From a bacterium (GTDB lineage: Bacteria > Krumholzibacteriota > Krumholzibacteriia > LZORAL124-64-63), in contig JANOEP010000010.1 in NCBI GenBank assembly GCA_031441465.1, forward strand, positions 64,001 through 128,000: 64,000 bases of DNA, given 5' to 3'. The translations under genes and the position numbers were made by a program. A model generated the notes under the pieces. The model saw only the letters and a program-made list of their open reading frames with translations, was not told the DNA's origin and made no database searches. This document shows, one piece after another, positions 39,684-49,609 of this stretch. Within the stretch, counting starts at the first letter, position 1. Each line of letters begins with the position of its first letter.

Positions 39684-41018
39684 ATGACAACAGGCCTGAA
39701 GATCACGCCTGCGGACGGGAAACTGGGGATCCTGACGCCAGGCATGGGGGCCGTGTCATCGACCTTCATGGCCGGCGTGATCGCGGTGCGGCGAGGCATC
39801 CGCCTGCCCATCGGCAGCATCACGCAGATGGGCCATATCCGTCTGGGAAAACGCACCGAGAACCGCCAGCCCATGGTCAAGGACTTCGTGCCTTTGGCCG
39901 GCCTGGACGACATCGTCTTCGGTGGCTGGGACATCTTCGAGGACTCGATCTACGAGGCCGCCGTCAAGTGCGGTGTCCTGCCCATGGACCTGCTGAACGA
40001 GCTGAAGGACGAACTCCACGCGATCAAGCCGATGCCCGCGGTGTTCGACAACTTCTACGTCAAGAAACTCCACGGCACCCACGTCAAAAAGGGCGCCACC
40101 AAGATGGACCTCGCCGAGCAGCTCATGAAGGACATGCAGGACTTCAAGAAGAACAACGGCTGCTCCCGTCTGGTCATCGTCTGGTGCGGTTCGACGGAGA
40201 TCTTCCTGAAGCCCACGGACGTCCACCAGACGGTCGAGTCCTTCGAGGCCGGCCTGCGCAGCAACCACCCCGACATCGCGCCGAGCATGATCTACGCGTA
40301 CGCCGCGATCAAGCAGGGGATCCCCTACGCCAACGGCGCGCCCAACCTCAGCGCGGACATCCCCGCCCTCGAGACGCTGTCCAAGCAGACGGGATCGCCG
40401 ACCTGCGGCAAGGACTTCAAGACGGGCCAGACCCTGATCAAGACCATCCTCGCCCCCGGCTTCAAGGCCCGCCTGCTGGGCGTCAGCGGCTGGTTCTCGA
40501 CCAACATCCTGGGCAACCGCGACGGCGAGGTCCTGGAAGATCCCGGCAGCTTCAAGTCCAAGGAGGAGTCCAAGCTCAGCGTGCTGGACACGATCCTGCA
40601 GCCCGAGCTGTACCCGGACCTCTACGGCAACCTCTTCCACAAGGTGCGGATCAACTACTACCCGCCCCGCGGCGACAACAAAGAGGGCTGGGACAACATC
40701 GACATCTTCGGCTGGATGGGCATGCCCATGCAGATCAAGGTCGATTTCCTCTGCCGCGACTCGATCCTGGCGGCCCCGATCGTGCTGGACCTCGCGCTGT
40801 TCCTGGACCTCTCCAAGCGGGCGGGCTTCAATGGGATCCAGGAGTGGCTGTCCTTCTACCTGAAGAGCCCGGTCACGCCGCAGGGTCTCTACCCCGAGCA
40901 CGACCTGTTCATCCAGCAGAAGAAGATGAAGAACACGCTGCGCTGGATGATGGGCGAGGAACTCATCACCCATCTCGGCCGCGAGTACTACGAGGACGTT
41001 TCGCAGGACGACCGCTGA
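39684..41018 (+). CDS. ino1: myo-Inositol-1-phosphate synthase
   Basis: GMGAVSST, GGWD, WCGSTE, NGAPN, GKDFKTGQT, NILGNRDG, CRDSILAAP. GAGGAG RBS. Confidence 0.93.
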   Translation: MTTGLKITPADGKLGILTPGMGAVSSTFMAGVIAVRRGIRLPIGSITQMGHIRLGKRTENRQPMVKDFVPLAGLDDIVFGGWDIFEDSIYEAAVKCGVLPMDLLNELKDELHAIKPMPAVFDNFYVKKLHGTHVKKGATKMDLAEQLMKDMQDFKKNNGCSRLVIVWCGSTEIFLKPTDVHQTVESFEAGLRSNHPDIAPSMIYAYAAIKQGIPYANGAPNLSADIPALETLSKQTGSPTCGKDFKTGQTLIKTILAPGFKARLLGVSGWFSTNILGNRDGEVLEDPGSFKSKEESKLSVLDTILQPELYPDLYGNLFHKVRINYYPPRGDNKEGWDNIDIFGWMGMPMQIKVDFLCRDSILAAPIVLDLALFLDLSKRAGFNGIQEWLSFYLKSPVTPQGLYPEHDLFIQQKKMKNTLRWMMGEELITHLGREYYEDVSQDDR

Positions 41019-41095
41019 ACCGGTCGGCCGACGACGACACTCAACGAGGGCCGGCCAAGGGGCCGGCCCTTCCCTCATCCGGAAGGACCCCCGAC

Positions 41096-41752
41096 ATGAC
41101 CCACCCCGACGGCTCGCCGCCCGCCTGGCGCCTGCAGACGCTGGTGGTCGGCCCCCTGCAGATGAACGCCCAGCTGCTGTGCGCGCCCGCGACCGCCGAG
41201 GCGATCCTGGTCGATCCGGGCGACGATCCCGAACTCCTCTTGGACGCCGTGACGGACAGCGGCTGCCGGCTGGTCGCCCTGATCTGCACGCACGGGCACT
41301 TCGACCACGTGTCCGCCGCCGCCGCGATCCAGAAGGTCTGGGACCTGCCCCTGCTGCACCACCCCGACGAGGGGGCGCTGCTCGCCGGCCTCGCGGCCAG
41401 CCGTGCCGCCTACGGGTTCTCCACCGTGCCGGCGCCGCGCACCGCCCTGCTGCCCGGCGGCGCGCTGCCGTTCGCCGGCGACCGCCTGCGGATCGCCCAC
41501 GCGCCGGGCCACAGCCGCGGCCACGTCCTGTTCATCTGGGAGGGGAATGCCTTGGTCGGCGACGTGATCTTCGCGGGCTCGGTGGGACGGACGGATCTGC
41601 CGGGCGGCGATTTCGCCACGCTCGAGCGCAGCATCCGGCGCGAAGTGTACACCCTCGACGACGAGACCGTGCTCCATCCGGGGCACGGTCCCGATACCAC
41701 GGTCGGTCGCGAACGCCGTTCGAACCCCTTCGTGAACGACGCCGGCCGCTGA
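41096..41752 (+). CDS. MBL-fold metallo-hydrolase (glyoxalase II-like)
   Basis: THGHFDH, PGHSRG, GDVIF, GRTDLPGG, PGHG. Confidence 0.9.
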   Translation: MTHPDGSPPAWRLQTLVVGPLQMNAQLLCAPATAEAILVDPGDDPELLLDAVTDSGCRLVALICTHGHFDHVSAAAAIQKVWDLPLLHHPDEGALLAGLAASRAAYGFSTVPAPRTALLPGGALPFAGDRLRIAHAPGHSRGHVLFIWEGNALVGDVIFAGSVGRTDLPGGDFATLERSIRREVYTLDDETVLHPGHGPDTTVGRERRSNPFVNDAGR

Positions 41753-41764
41753 GGTGGCGCCGAT

Positions 41765-42604
41765 CTAGGGCTGCGGCGGCTGGGCGTTCAGCAGGTTGAT
41801 CTGCTCGAGCCGGTCGCTGCGCTTCTTCTCCAGCGTCTTGTGGCGGCGCATCAGCTCGCCCTTGATCCAGTCGCGGTAGAGGGAGGCCCCCAGGCAGCCG
41901 GAGTCGTAGGAGAAGATGCTGTTGAAGGCCGAGGGCGCCTCCTCGATCTTGATGTTGTTGGTGATCATGGTCTTGAACAGGTCGCCCTTGAAGTGGTTCT
42001 TCAGCTCCTTCTGCGCCTCCTTGTGGAGGTCCGTGCGCCCGTCCTTCATGGTCACCAGCACGCCGAGCACCTGCAGCCAGATGTTCTGGCGCTCCTGGAC
42101 GCGACTGATCAGGGCGCTGAGCTGGTGCATCGTCGAGACGGCCAAGCCGGTGCAGGGCGTCGGGATCAGCGCGTAGTCGGAGGCGACCAGGGCGTTCTGG
42201 GTCAGGATGCCGAGGTTCGGCGGCGTGTCGATGATGATCCAGCCGTAGGACGTGGACAGCGCCTGGGTGACCTTGATCAGCCGGTCGGTGAGCTGGGTGC
42301 GGGCCATGCTCTCCAGGGAGGGGTGGGACGGGATCACGTCGATGTTCTCGTCGAACACCGTCGAAGTGATGCCGTCCTGGGGCGTGATCGCGCGCCGCAG
42401 GACATCGAAGATCGAGCGCGCCGGCGGCTCCCCGTTCATCTTGCCCAGCAGCGCCGAGGAGGCGCAGCCGTGGGGGTCCATGTCGATGACCAGGCAACTC
42501 GACGTGATGTCGCTGTAGCGGGTCAGGCCCGCGGCCAGGTTCAGCGCCGTGGTGGTCTTGCCGGTGCCGCCCTTGTGGTTCACGACCGCGATGACGTTTC
42601 CCAT
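41765..42604 (-). CDS. ParA/Soj-family ATPase (orphan)
   Basis: Deviant Walker A HKGGTGKTT, DMDP, IIDTPPNLG, EAP. Confidence 0.9.
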   Translation of the reverse strand: MGNVIAVVNHKGGTGKTTTALNLAAGLTRYSDITSSCLVIDMDPHGCASSALLGKMNGEPPARSIFDVLRRAITPQDGITSTVFDENIDVIPSHPSLESMARTQLTDRLIKVTQALSTSYGWIIIDTPPNLGILTQNALVASDYALIPTPCTGLAVSTMHQLSALISRVQERQNIWLQVLGVLVTMKDGRTDLHKEAQKELKNHFKGDLFKTMITNNIKIEEAPSAFNSIFSYDSGCLGASLYRDWIKGELMRRHKTLEKKRSDRLEQINLLNAQPPQP

Positions 42605-42836
42605 GGAATCTCCCAACAGGTCGGGGCATCGAAGCTCCGGGAATCCGGAGTGAACCGTCAAAGATAATGATCCACGCTCATGAAGCAACCTGTATTCGGA
42701 TCGGCCCCTGCCGCCCCAACCGGTAATCGACTCTTAACTGAATGCACCGCAGCGCATTACATGATGAGTTTCACGAATTCGTTCCACTCCCGCGGGTGCG
42801 GGGCGATCCGCGATTACTTGCGCTATCATCTCAATT

Positions 42837-43601
42837 TCAAAAATGCGCCATCAACCTGGCGGTCATCGTCACCAGGTGCTGGGGACCGAACTCGCGGTAT
42901 TCGGCGCTGGGCGGGAAGCCCTGCTCCGCCGGTAGATCGTCCAGGGTGAACTGCTGGATGTGGTCGGCGAGGTCGAGGCCGAGGGACCAGCGGGGGCCCC
43001 CGCGGTACACGAACCCCGCCCCGAGCAGCGCGCCCGGCACGCTCTGGTCGGCCGCGGCGGCTGTGGCCCCGATCCCCGTGTAGGACAGGCCGGCTCGGAC
43101 CATGGGCTGCAGCCGGGTGTCGGTCAGGCGCTGTTCCCAGGCGAGGTCCAGCTGCACCACGTTCCAGCGGTCGTACAGCACCGGCGTGACGAACTGGGAG
43201 TCATTGGCCAGGGCGGCGGCGTCCATCCGCCCGGCCGTCAGGTCGAGGCGCAGCCAGCCCCGCGGGGTCACGCGCTTGGCGGCCGCGAGGCCGAAGGCCG
43301 CCGCCTCGTCCAGGGTCACGGTGAATCGTTTGGCGTTGAAGTCGGCGCCGCCGGCCGGCGGCGTCCAGGGTACCGTCAAGCTGTTCGCCACCTGGAACAG
43401 GTCCCCGCCCGCCAGCACGCCCGAAGCGATGCCGAAGCACCAGCCGGTCTCCCCGGTCGCCGCCGCCTCTTCGTCCGCGACCGCGGCGGTCCGACCGCTG
43501 ACGGCGCGCCGGGGCTGGTCCTGCGCCGTCGCGACGCCGGCCGCCGACAGGGCCAGCACCAGGATGGAGGCGGTCAGGCGGTGGCGGTGGGTCCCGGTCA
43601 T
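42837..43601 (-). CDS. Putative small outer-membrane beta-barrel protein
   Basis: Signal peptide, alternating amphipathic strands, C-terminal Phe. An alternative GTG start at 43619 overlaps the SPFH stop. Confidence 0.6.
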   Translation of the reverse strand: MTGTHRHRLTASILVLALSAAGVATAQDQPRRAVSGRTAAVADEEAAATGETGWCFGIASGVLAGGDLFQVANSLTVPWTPPAGGADFNAKRFTVTLDEAAAFGLAAAKRVTPRGWLRLDLTAGRMDAAALANDSQFVTPVLYDRWNVVQLDLAWEQRLTDTRLQPMVRAGLSYTGIGATAAAADQSVPGALLGAGFVYRGGPRWSLGLDLADHIQQFTLDDLPAEQGFPPSAEYREFGPQHLVTMTARLMAHF

Positions 43602-43615
43602 GACGCGGACCCCGG

Positions 43616-44383
43616 TCACGATTTGGGCTCCTCGATCTTGGGCGCGAAGTGCCGGAAGAGGTCGATCGGCACCGGGAAGATCGTCGTCGAGTTGTTCTCG
43701 CGGGCGATCTCGCTCAGGGTCTGCAAGTAGCGCAGGATGATCGCCGAGGGGTCGCTCGAGATGACGACGGCGGCCTCGGCGAGCTTCTTGCTGGCCTGGA
43801 ACTCGCCGTCGGCGTGGATGACCTTCGACCGGCGCTCGCGCTCGGCTTCCGCCTGGCGGGCCATGGCGCGCCGCATCTCCTGGGGCAGGTCGACGTCCTT
43901 GATCTCGACGGTGCCGACCTCGATGCCCCAGGGCTCGGTCGCGTGGTCGATGATCTCCCGGATCTGCAGGTTGAGCTTGTTGCGCTCGGACAGCAGGTCG
44001 TCCATCTCGACCTGGCCCATGACGCTGCGCAGGGTCGTCTGGGCGACCTGCGAGGTGGCGTACAGGTAGTCCTCGACGCCGATGATGGCCTTCTCCGGCG
44101 AGACCACCTTGAAGTAGATGACGGCGTTCACCTTGACCGAGACGTTGTCCTTGGTGATCACGTCCTGCGGCGGCACGTCCATGGGCACGATGCGCAGGCT
44201 GACCTTTACCATCCGGTCGACCAGCGGGATCAGCAGGATGAGGCCCGGGCCCTTGACGCGCTGCAGGCGGCCCAGCCGGAAGATCACTCCCCGCTCGTAC
44301 TCGCGCAGCACGCGCAGCGAGTTGGCCAGCACGAAGACCAGCAGCAGCAGGACGGGCACGAAGGAGATGGTCAGGTACTGCAT
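43616..44383 (-). CDS. SPFH/stomatin (slipin) family protein
   Basis: [48 protein letters not shown]. Confidence 0.95.
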   Translation of the reverse strand: MQYLTISFVPVLLLLVFVLANSLRVLREYERGVIFRLGRLQRVKGPGLILLIPLVDRMVKVSLRIVPMDVPPQDVITKDNVSVKVNAVIYFKVVSPEKAIIGVEDYLYATSQVAQTTLRSVMGQVEMDDLLSERNKLNLQIREIIDHATEPWGIEVGTVEIKDVDLPQEMRRAMARQAEAERERRSKVIHADGEFQASKKLAEAAVVISSDPSAIILRYLQTLSEIARENNSTTIFPVPIDLFRHFAPKIEEPKS

Positions 44384-44547
44384 CGGGAGCCTCCGGATTC
44401 AGGCGGGATCTCGGAACGAATCGGCCTCCAGCCCGGCCGGCGGGCCGCGAGCGGCAGGCCCGGACACAAGCCTGCCGCCTCGAGGACCGCGGCGGCAGGG
44501 CGAGTCGGGATCGCGGCGAACTTCGCCGCGAACTTCGCGACGGACGG

Positions 44548-45321
44548 TCAGCGCCCCGGGCTGCGGCCTTGGCTGTCCGCATCAAGGTACGCGATACCGC
44601 GGGCGGCGAGCAACGCCTTTAGTGTCGTGTTCTCTCCCCGCAGGCCGATGATGCCGCTGCGCAGGCGGGCGTTCTCGGCGCGCAGGGCGGCGACGTCGTC
44701 GAAGCCGGCCAGCATGCCGGGCGCCAGGGAGACCGGCTGCAGGCGCTCACCCGTGCGCGTGCGTTCGGACAGGAGGCCCTGGCTGACCGGACGGCCGAGG
44801 AAGCCGCCGCCGAGCTGCACGTTGCGGGTGCGGTTGCCGGTCAAGGGCAGGCGGTCCGAGAGGTCGGTCACCAGGCGCGCGGACGAGGTCGGCGTGACGG
44901 TCGTCGCCGTGGCCGCGGCCACGGTCGCCGCCGGGCCGGCGGCCGGCGACACGGCGCGCGGACCATCGGGCCAGATCAGCACGGCCACCAGCGCGGTCAC
45001 GGCCACGCCCGCCAGCGAGGAGGCCGCGAAGCCCCGCCACCAACCGACGGCGTTGCGGGGCGCGTCCTCCCAGGGCACGGTCCTGGTCGCGGCGGCCTCC
45101 TGCAGGGCGCGGTTGAGCCGCAGCTGGAGTTTCCACTCGAAGGAATCGGTGGGCACGTCGGCGGTCGCCCGCAGCAGGCGCCGGCCGAGGCCGAGTTCGG
45201 CCCGGTGTTCGCGGCAGGCGCCGCAGCGGCCGAGGTGCTCCTCGATCGCCGGCGTCTTTTCGGCGGGCAGCCTCCCGTCCATTTCCTGACTGATCAACCG
45301 TCGTGCCGTGTAGCAAAACAT
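44548..45321 (-). CDS. Zinc-binding (zf-HC2) membrane anti-sigma factor
   Basis: HLGRCGAC (HxxxCxxC), one TM helix, directly downstream of the ECF sigma. Confidence 0.85.
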   Translation of the reverse strand: MFCYTARRLISQEMDGRLPAEKTPAIEEHLGRCGACREHRAELGLGRRLLRATADVPTDSFEWKLQLRLNRALQEAAATRTVPWEDAPRNAVGWWRGFAASSLAGVAVTALVAVLIWPDGPRAVSPAAGPAATVAAATATTVTPTSSARLVTDLSDRLPLTGNRTRNVQLGGGFLGRPVSQGLLSERTRTGERLQPVSLAPGMLAGFDDVAALRAENARLRSGIIGLRGENTTLKALLAARGIAYLDADSQGRSPGR

Positions 45322-45343
45322 GGGGATGTCCTCCTCGACGTCG

Positions 45344-46132
45344 TCACGCGTCCTGTTCGTCCTGTTCCATCCGGGCCTCGAGGAGCTCGAGTTCGGCGAG
45401 CAGATCCTCGTTGCGCAACAAGGGCTTGATGTTCTGCCGGAAACGGGTCCGCGCGCGGTTGATGCGCGAGCGCACGGTGCCGAGCTTCAGGCCGGTGACC
45501 TGCTGGATCTCCTCGTAGGACAGCTGTTCCACTTCGCGCAGCAGGAACGGGACCCGGTAACGCTCCGGGATGCGGCTGGTCGCTTCGGCGATCAACTGGC
45601 CCAATTCCCGTCCCTCGAGTTCGCGCGTGGGGTCGGCCAGGGGATCGGCCGGGTCCAGCGGGATGTCGTCGTCGCTCTCGGGCGCGGGATCGAGCACGAG
45701 CATCTTCGGCTGCCGCTTCTGCTTGCGGACCCGGTTGCGCACCAGGTTGGTGGCGATGGTGAACAGCCAGGTGGAGAAGCGTGCGATCTCGCGGTACTTG
45801 TCCGCGTGGATGTAGGCGCGGATCAGCGTGTCCTGGGCGAGTTCTTCCGCCTCGACGGGGTCCCCCACCATCCGCAGGATGAAGCTGTACAGGCGACCCC
45901 GATAGCGGCGGACCAGCTCGTCGTAGGCCCGCTTCTGACCCTGCTGCACGAGCGCGATCAGGTCCTCGTCGCGCTGCGCGGTCCAGGCGAGCGGACCGTG
46001 ACGGCCGGGATCGGGATGTTTGTCGTTCAAGAACACCTGATCGCTCCTGGCAGCGGGGGTGGTGTCGTCTGCGGCGGGGTCAACACCGGGACTGGGGCGC
46101 AGGTTCCCGTCGGGATCGTCGGGGCGGCTCAT
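45344..46132 (-). CDS. ECF sigma factor (RpoE/SigW-like), start uncertain
   Basis: AEELAQDT, FSTWLFTIATN, LSYEEI, GTVRSRINRAR. Confidence 0.93.
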   Translation of the reverse strand: MSRPDDPDGNLRPSPGVDPAADDTTPAARSDQVFLNDKHPDPGRHGPLAWTAQRDEDLIALVQQGQKRAYDELVRRYRGRLYSFILRMVGDPVEAEELAQDTLIRAYIHADKYREIARFSTWLFTIATNLVRNRVRKQKRQPKMLVLDPAPESDDDIPLDPADPLADPTRELEGRELGQLIAEATSRIPERYRVPFLLREVEQLSYEEIQQVTGLKLGTVRSRINRARTRFRQNIKPLLRNEDLLAELELLEARMEQDEQDA

Positions 46133-46911
46133 CGGTCGTCGCTTTCAGCCAGGACTTCGCCCAGGGGCCACAGGGGCAGCACCACTTCGAGGGGATCCCC
46201 CCAACGGACCGCGCCTTGCGGCGGGCCCAGTTCGAGGGTCGCCGCGAGCCGTGACGCCTCCAGGCGGGCGCCGCCGTCAGGACCAGCGCCCACGCGCCAG
46301 CCTTCGCCGGCGCCGCCGCGCCCGAGTCCCCGGCAGGCGAGGTCGTGCGCGAGCGGTGCCGCACCGTCGTCGTCCGCCGGCCAGACGAGCAGGAGCGGCG
46401 CCGCAGCAGGTGCGCGGGTTTCCCAGGGAACACGCCGGCCAAGGTCGCGATCTCCGGCTCGTTGCCGCCACACCGCCGGCGCGACCGCCGCGCGTGTCGG
46501 ATCGCCGCCGTTGACTGCCAGCGCGAGCAGCACGGTGAGCCGGTCGGCCTGAGCCGGCTCGAGCGTGCGCAGGGGGCCGTCCCAGGCCTGCATCACGACC
46601 GATCCGTCGCCGGGCGCGACCGCCGTCCAGCCCTCCCCCAGACGCCCGAGGGCCGCCGCTGCCGTGCCGGTGTCGGGGTCGTCGGGCGCCGCCAGCGCCA
46701 CGTCGAGGCGCCAGGCGCCGTCGGGGCAGCGCACCCAGGCCGCGGTCCCGGCGGCATCGCCGAGCAGGGCCTCGACCCGCCACGGCGCGACATAGGATTG
46801 CAGGGCGCAGGCCGCCGGTTCCGGCTCTGCGGCGAGGGTCACCGCCGACCAGGACGCGCCGGCCAACCCGACCGCCAGGCCGACGAGGAGCGGCTGCCGG
46901 CGCCGCCTCAC
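46129..46911 (-). CDS. Hypothetical exported protein
   Basis: GTG start overlaps the TPR gene stop and the stop overlaps the sigma ORF. Signal-like N-terminus. Confidence 0.55.
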   Translation of the reverse strand: MRRRRQPLLVGLAVGLAGASWSAVTLAAEPEPAACALQSYVAPWRVEALLGDAAGTAAWVRCPDGAWRLDVALAAPDDPDTGTAAAALGRLGEGWTAVAPGDGSVVMQAWDGPLRTLEPAQADRLTVLLALAVNGGDPTRAAVAPAVWRQRAGDRDLGRRVPWETRAPAAAPLLLVWPADDDGAAPLAHDLACRGLGRGGAGEGWRVGAGPDGGARLEASRLAATLELGPPQGAVRWGDPLEVVLPLWPLGEVLAESDDR

Positions 46912-48731
46912 CGCTCGCCGCCGGCGCCGTCGGCCGGCTGGAGGTCCTTCAGGACCTTTTCCAGGTTCTCGCTGTCGCCGCCGACCGCCTTCGCGCGCAG
47001 GAACACTTCGTAGGCGCGGTCGTGACGGCCCAGGGACAGCAGCACCATGCCGAGGTGCTCGAGGATCACCGGATCCTCCGGCAGCGCGTTGGTGGCGCGG
47101 ACGAGGTAGTCGAAGGCGTCCACGGGTTGCCCCTGGCGGTGCAGGAGCCAGCCCAGGGAATCCAGGTAGGCGGGGTTGTCGGGCTCGCTCTTCAGGGCGG
47201 CGCGGATCAGGCCCTCCGCGCGCGGCAGCTCCTGGCCGTGGTCGGCGAGCGTGTAGCCCAGGGCGTTCTGGATGACGTGGTCGTCGGGGTGGTCGGTGAG
47301 CAGGGATTCCAGGGCCGCCACCGCCGCTTCGGGGCGGTTCGTTTCCTCGCAGGCCAGCGACAGGTTCAGCAGCGCGTTGCGCCGCAGGTCGGGATCCTCG
47401 GCGGCGCGCTCGTAGTAGGGGATCGCCGTCTCGTGGTCGCCGAGTCCCTGGTAGGTCGCGCCGAGCATCATCCGGACGGTGAGCGGCGCGCTCTCGTCCA
47501 GCATCGCCGCCGCCCGGTCGGCCAGTTCCTTCACCTCGCGCACCGGCGCCTCGCCGTCGCCGTCGGCGACGTGACCGGTGAACAGCTCCGGGTGGCGGCG
47601 GCTGAGGATGGAGATGAGCGCCAGCAGGTTGTCGGGATCGTCGGCGCCGAGCGCCACCGCGCGTCGGATCTCGACCTCCCCCGCCGCGAGGTCGTCGCGG
47701 CCGGCGAGGAATTCGCCGAGGAACAGGTGCGGCCGCGCGGCCTCGGGCCAGCGCGCCGCGATCTCGCGCGCGAGGGCGATCGCGCGATCCCAGTCGTCGG
47801 CGCGCGCGCGCAGCCGGCTCAGCTGCAGCGCCGCACCGAGGTCCAGGGCGTCCCGCTCCCACATGGGCTGCAACAGGGCGATGGCCGCCGCTTCGCGACC
47901 GGCCTGGGCGATCATGCCCGCGGTGAGTTCCACCCAGATCCGGGTCGTTCCCGCCGCGGACAAGAGGCTGTCGCCGGCGACCGCGACGGACATGGCGTCG
48001 TCGTCGCGAGCGTTGTCCACGAGGTGCTGGATCCGGCCCAGCCGCAGCGACCGCGACCCCGGTTTGGCGGCGAGTCCCTCGGTCCACAGCGCCGCGGCCT
48101 CCTCGGGCCGGTTGAGCAGGGACGCGAGTTCGGCCATCGCCCCGTAGATCCGTTCCTGGTGGGCGGGATGGCGCGGCAGCGCCTGCCGGTACGCCGCCAT
48201 GGCCTCCGCCCAGGCGTGCGTGCGCAGCAGGATTTCCGCCTCGACCAGATCCAGGCGGGTCGAGTCGGGATGAGCGAGACGGCAGCCGTCCAGGGCCTCG
48301 CGTGCGTCAGCGAAGCGCTCCTGGGCCACGTTCAGACCGATGAACCGCTCCCAGCCCTCGTAGGAATCGGGATGATCGCGCACGATCCGCCGCGCGACGT
48401 CCGTCGCGTCGCGCAGGTAGCCGATCTCCTGCAGCACGTCGCGGTAAGTGCGGGCGAAGGTCAGCTCGTCCGGGCTCATCCGGTACGCCTGCGCCAGGAA
48501 GGGCAGCGCCCCAGCCAGATCGCCCTCGGCCAGCAGCGTCGAGCCGACCATGTAACCCGTGGCCGCGCCCTGGGGGATGGGATCGAGTTCCGCCCCGCCC
48601 GGTTCGGCGCCCGTGCTGTCCGCAGCGGCGGCGGCCGGGAGCGAAGACTTGGGCACCACGGCGCCGGCGACGAAGGGCCAGGCAGCCACGGTGAGGAACA
48701 GGGCGGCGAAAATCGGCGCGCGTCGCGACAA
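46908..48731 (-). CDS. Exported tetratricopeptide-repeat protein
   Basis: Signal peptide, repeated TPR helices, NALGYTLAD and PDNPAYLDSLGW motifs. Confidence 0.88.
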   Translation of the reverse strand: MSRRAPIFAALFLTVAAWPFVAGAVVPKSSLPAAAAADSTGAEPGGAELDPIPQGAATGYMVGSTLLAEGDLAGALPFLAQAYRMSPDELTFARTYRDVLQEIGYLRDATDVARRIVRDHPDSYEGWERFIGLNVAQERFADAREALDGCRLAHPDSTRLDLVEAEILLRTHAWAEAMAAYRQALPRHPAHQERIYGAMAELASLLNRPEEAAALWTEGLAAKPGSRSLRLGRIQHLVDNARDDDAMSVAVAGDSLLSAAGTTRIWVELTAGMIAQAGREAAAIALLQPMWERDALDLGAALQLSRLRARADDWDRAIALAREIAARWPEAARPHLFLGEFLAGRDDLAAGEVEIRRAVALGADDPDNLLALISILSRRHPELFTGHVADGDGEAPVREVKELADRAAAMLDESAPLTVRMMLGATYQGLGDHETAIPYYERAAEDPDLRRNALLNLSLACEETNRPEAAVAALESLLTDHPDDHVIQNALGYTLADHGQELPRAEGLIRAALKSEPDNPAYLDSLGWLLHRQGQPVDAFDYLVRATNALPEDPVILEHLGMVLLSLGRHDRAYEVFLRAKAVGGDSENLEKVLKDLQPADGAGGER

Positions 48732-48746
48732 GAGCGCTCCTTTGCT

Positions 48747-49586
48747 TCAGGATCCGGGACCCGGCACCGCGGTGAGCAACGACGGTTCCTGCGCCAGACG
48801 CTGCAGCGCGCAACCGGCCGCCTGCTGTTCGGCGCTCTTCTTGTTCGCGCCCCGGCCGACACCCAGCACCCGGTCACCGAACAGGACTTCCACCGTGAAG
48901 ACGCGCTCATGGTCGGGGCCCGTCGTCTCCAGGACCCGGTAGCGCGGCGGCACGCGGTGGCGGGCCTGGACGATCTCCTGCAGGCGGCTCTTGTCGTTGG
49001 CCAGCGCGCGGTGCTCCAGGATCTCGTCGGCGTGGTCGAACAGCCAGCGCTCGATGACGCCCTGGGCCGCTTCGAGACCGCCGTCGAGGTAGACCGCGCC
49101 GATGATCGCCTCGACGGCGTCGGCCAGGATGCTGTCGCGGTCGCGGCCGCCGGTGGCGGCCTCGCCGCGGCTCATCAGGATATGGTCGCCCAGTTCGAGG
49201 CGCTGCGCCACCCGGGCCAGGCTCGCCCCGCAGACGAGTTTCGACTTCAGGCGCGTCAGGTCGCCTTCCTCGAGGTCCGTGTATTCCAGGTAGAGGTAGG
49301 CGTTGGTGACAAGGCCGAGAACGGCGTCGCCGAGAAATTCGAGGCGTTCGTTGGCCTCGATGCGCTCGTCGCCGTAGGCGTGGAGGTGGGAGCGGTGGAC
49401 CAGGGCCTGGCCCAGCAGGCAGGGATCATGGAAACGGTACGACAGCATGGTCTCGACGGCGGCGGCGGCCAGCCGGCGCGATTCGGCGTCCGCGCGCGCC
49501 GGGGCCTCGCCCGCGTCGCGGCGCGGCGCACGGCCGCGCCGCGCGCCCGCGATCAACCTGGAAAAAAACCCTCGCCACGCGGCCAT
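48747..49586 (-). CDS. rnc: Ribonuclease III
   Basis: ALVHRS, NERLEFLGDAVL, ADAVEAIIGAVYLD, dsRBD (KSRLQE...GPDH...KKSAEQ). Confidence 0.96.
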   Translation of the reverse strand: MAAWRGFFSRLIAGARRGRAPRRDAGEAPARADAESRRLAAAAVETMLSYRFHDPCLLGQALVHRSHLHAYGDERIEANERLEFLGDAVLGLVTNAYLYLEYTDLEEGDLTRLKSKLVCGASLARVAQRLELGDHILMSRGEAATGGRDRDSILADAVEAIIGAVYLDGGLEAAQGVIERWLFDHADEILEHRALANDKSRLQEIVQARHRVPPRYRVLETTGPDHERVFTVEVLFGDRVLGVGRGANKKSAEQQAAGCALQRLAQEPSLLTAVPGPGS

Positions 49587-49609
49587 GGCGCCTCCCCGGC
49601 CGGTGGGGG

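Noticed and set aside
44505..44545. Short repeat and hairpin CGCGGCGAACTTCGCCGCGAACTTCGCG
   Set aside because: Only two short copies with no spacers. It is most simply a 3' hairpin after the anti-sigma gene, not a CRISPR or iteron array.
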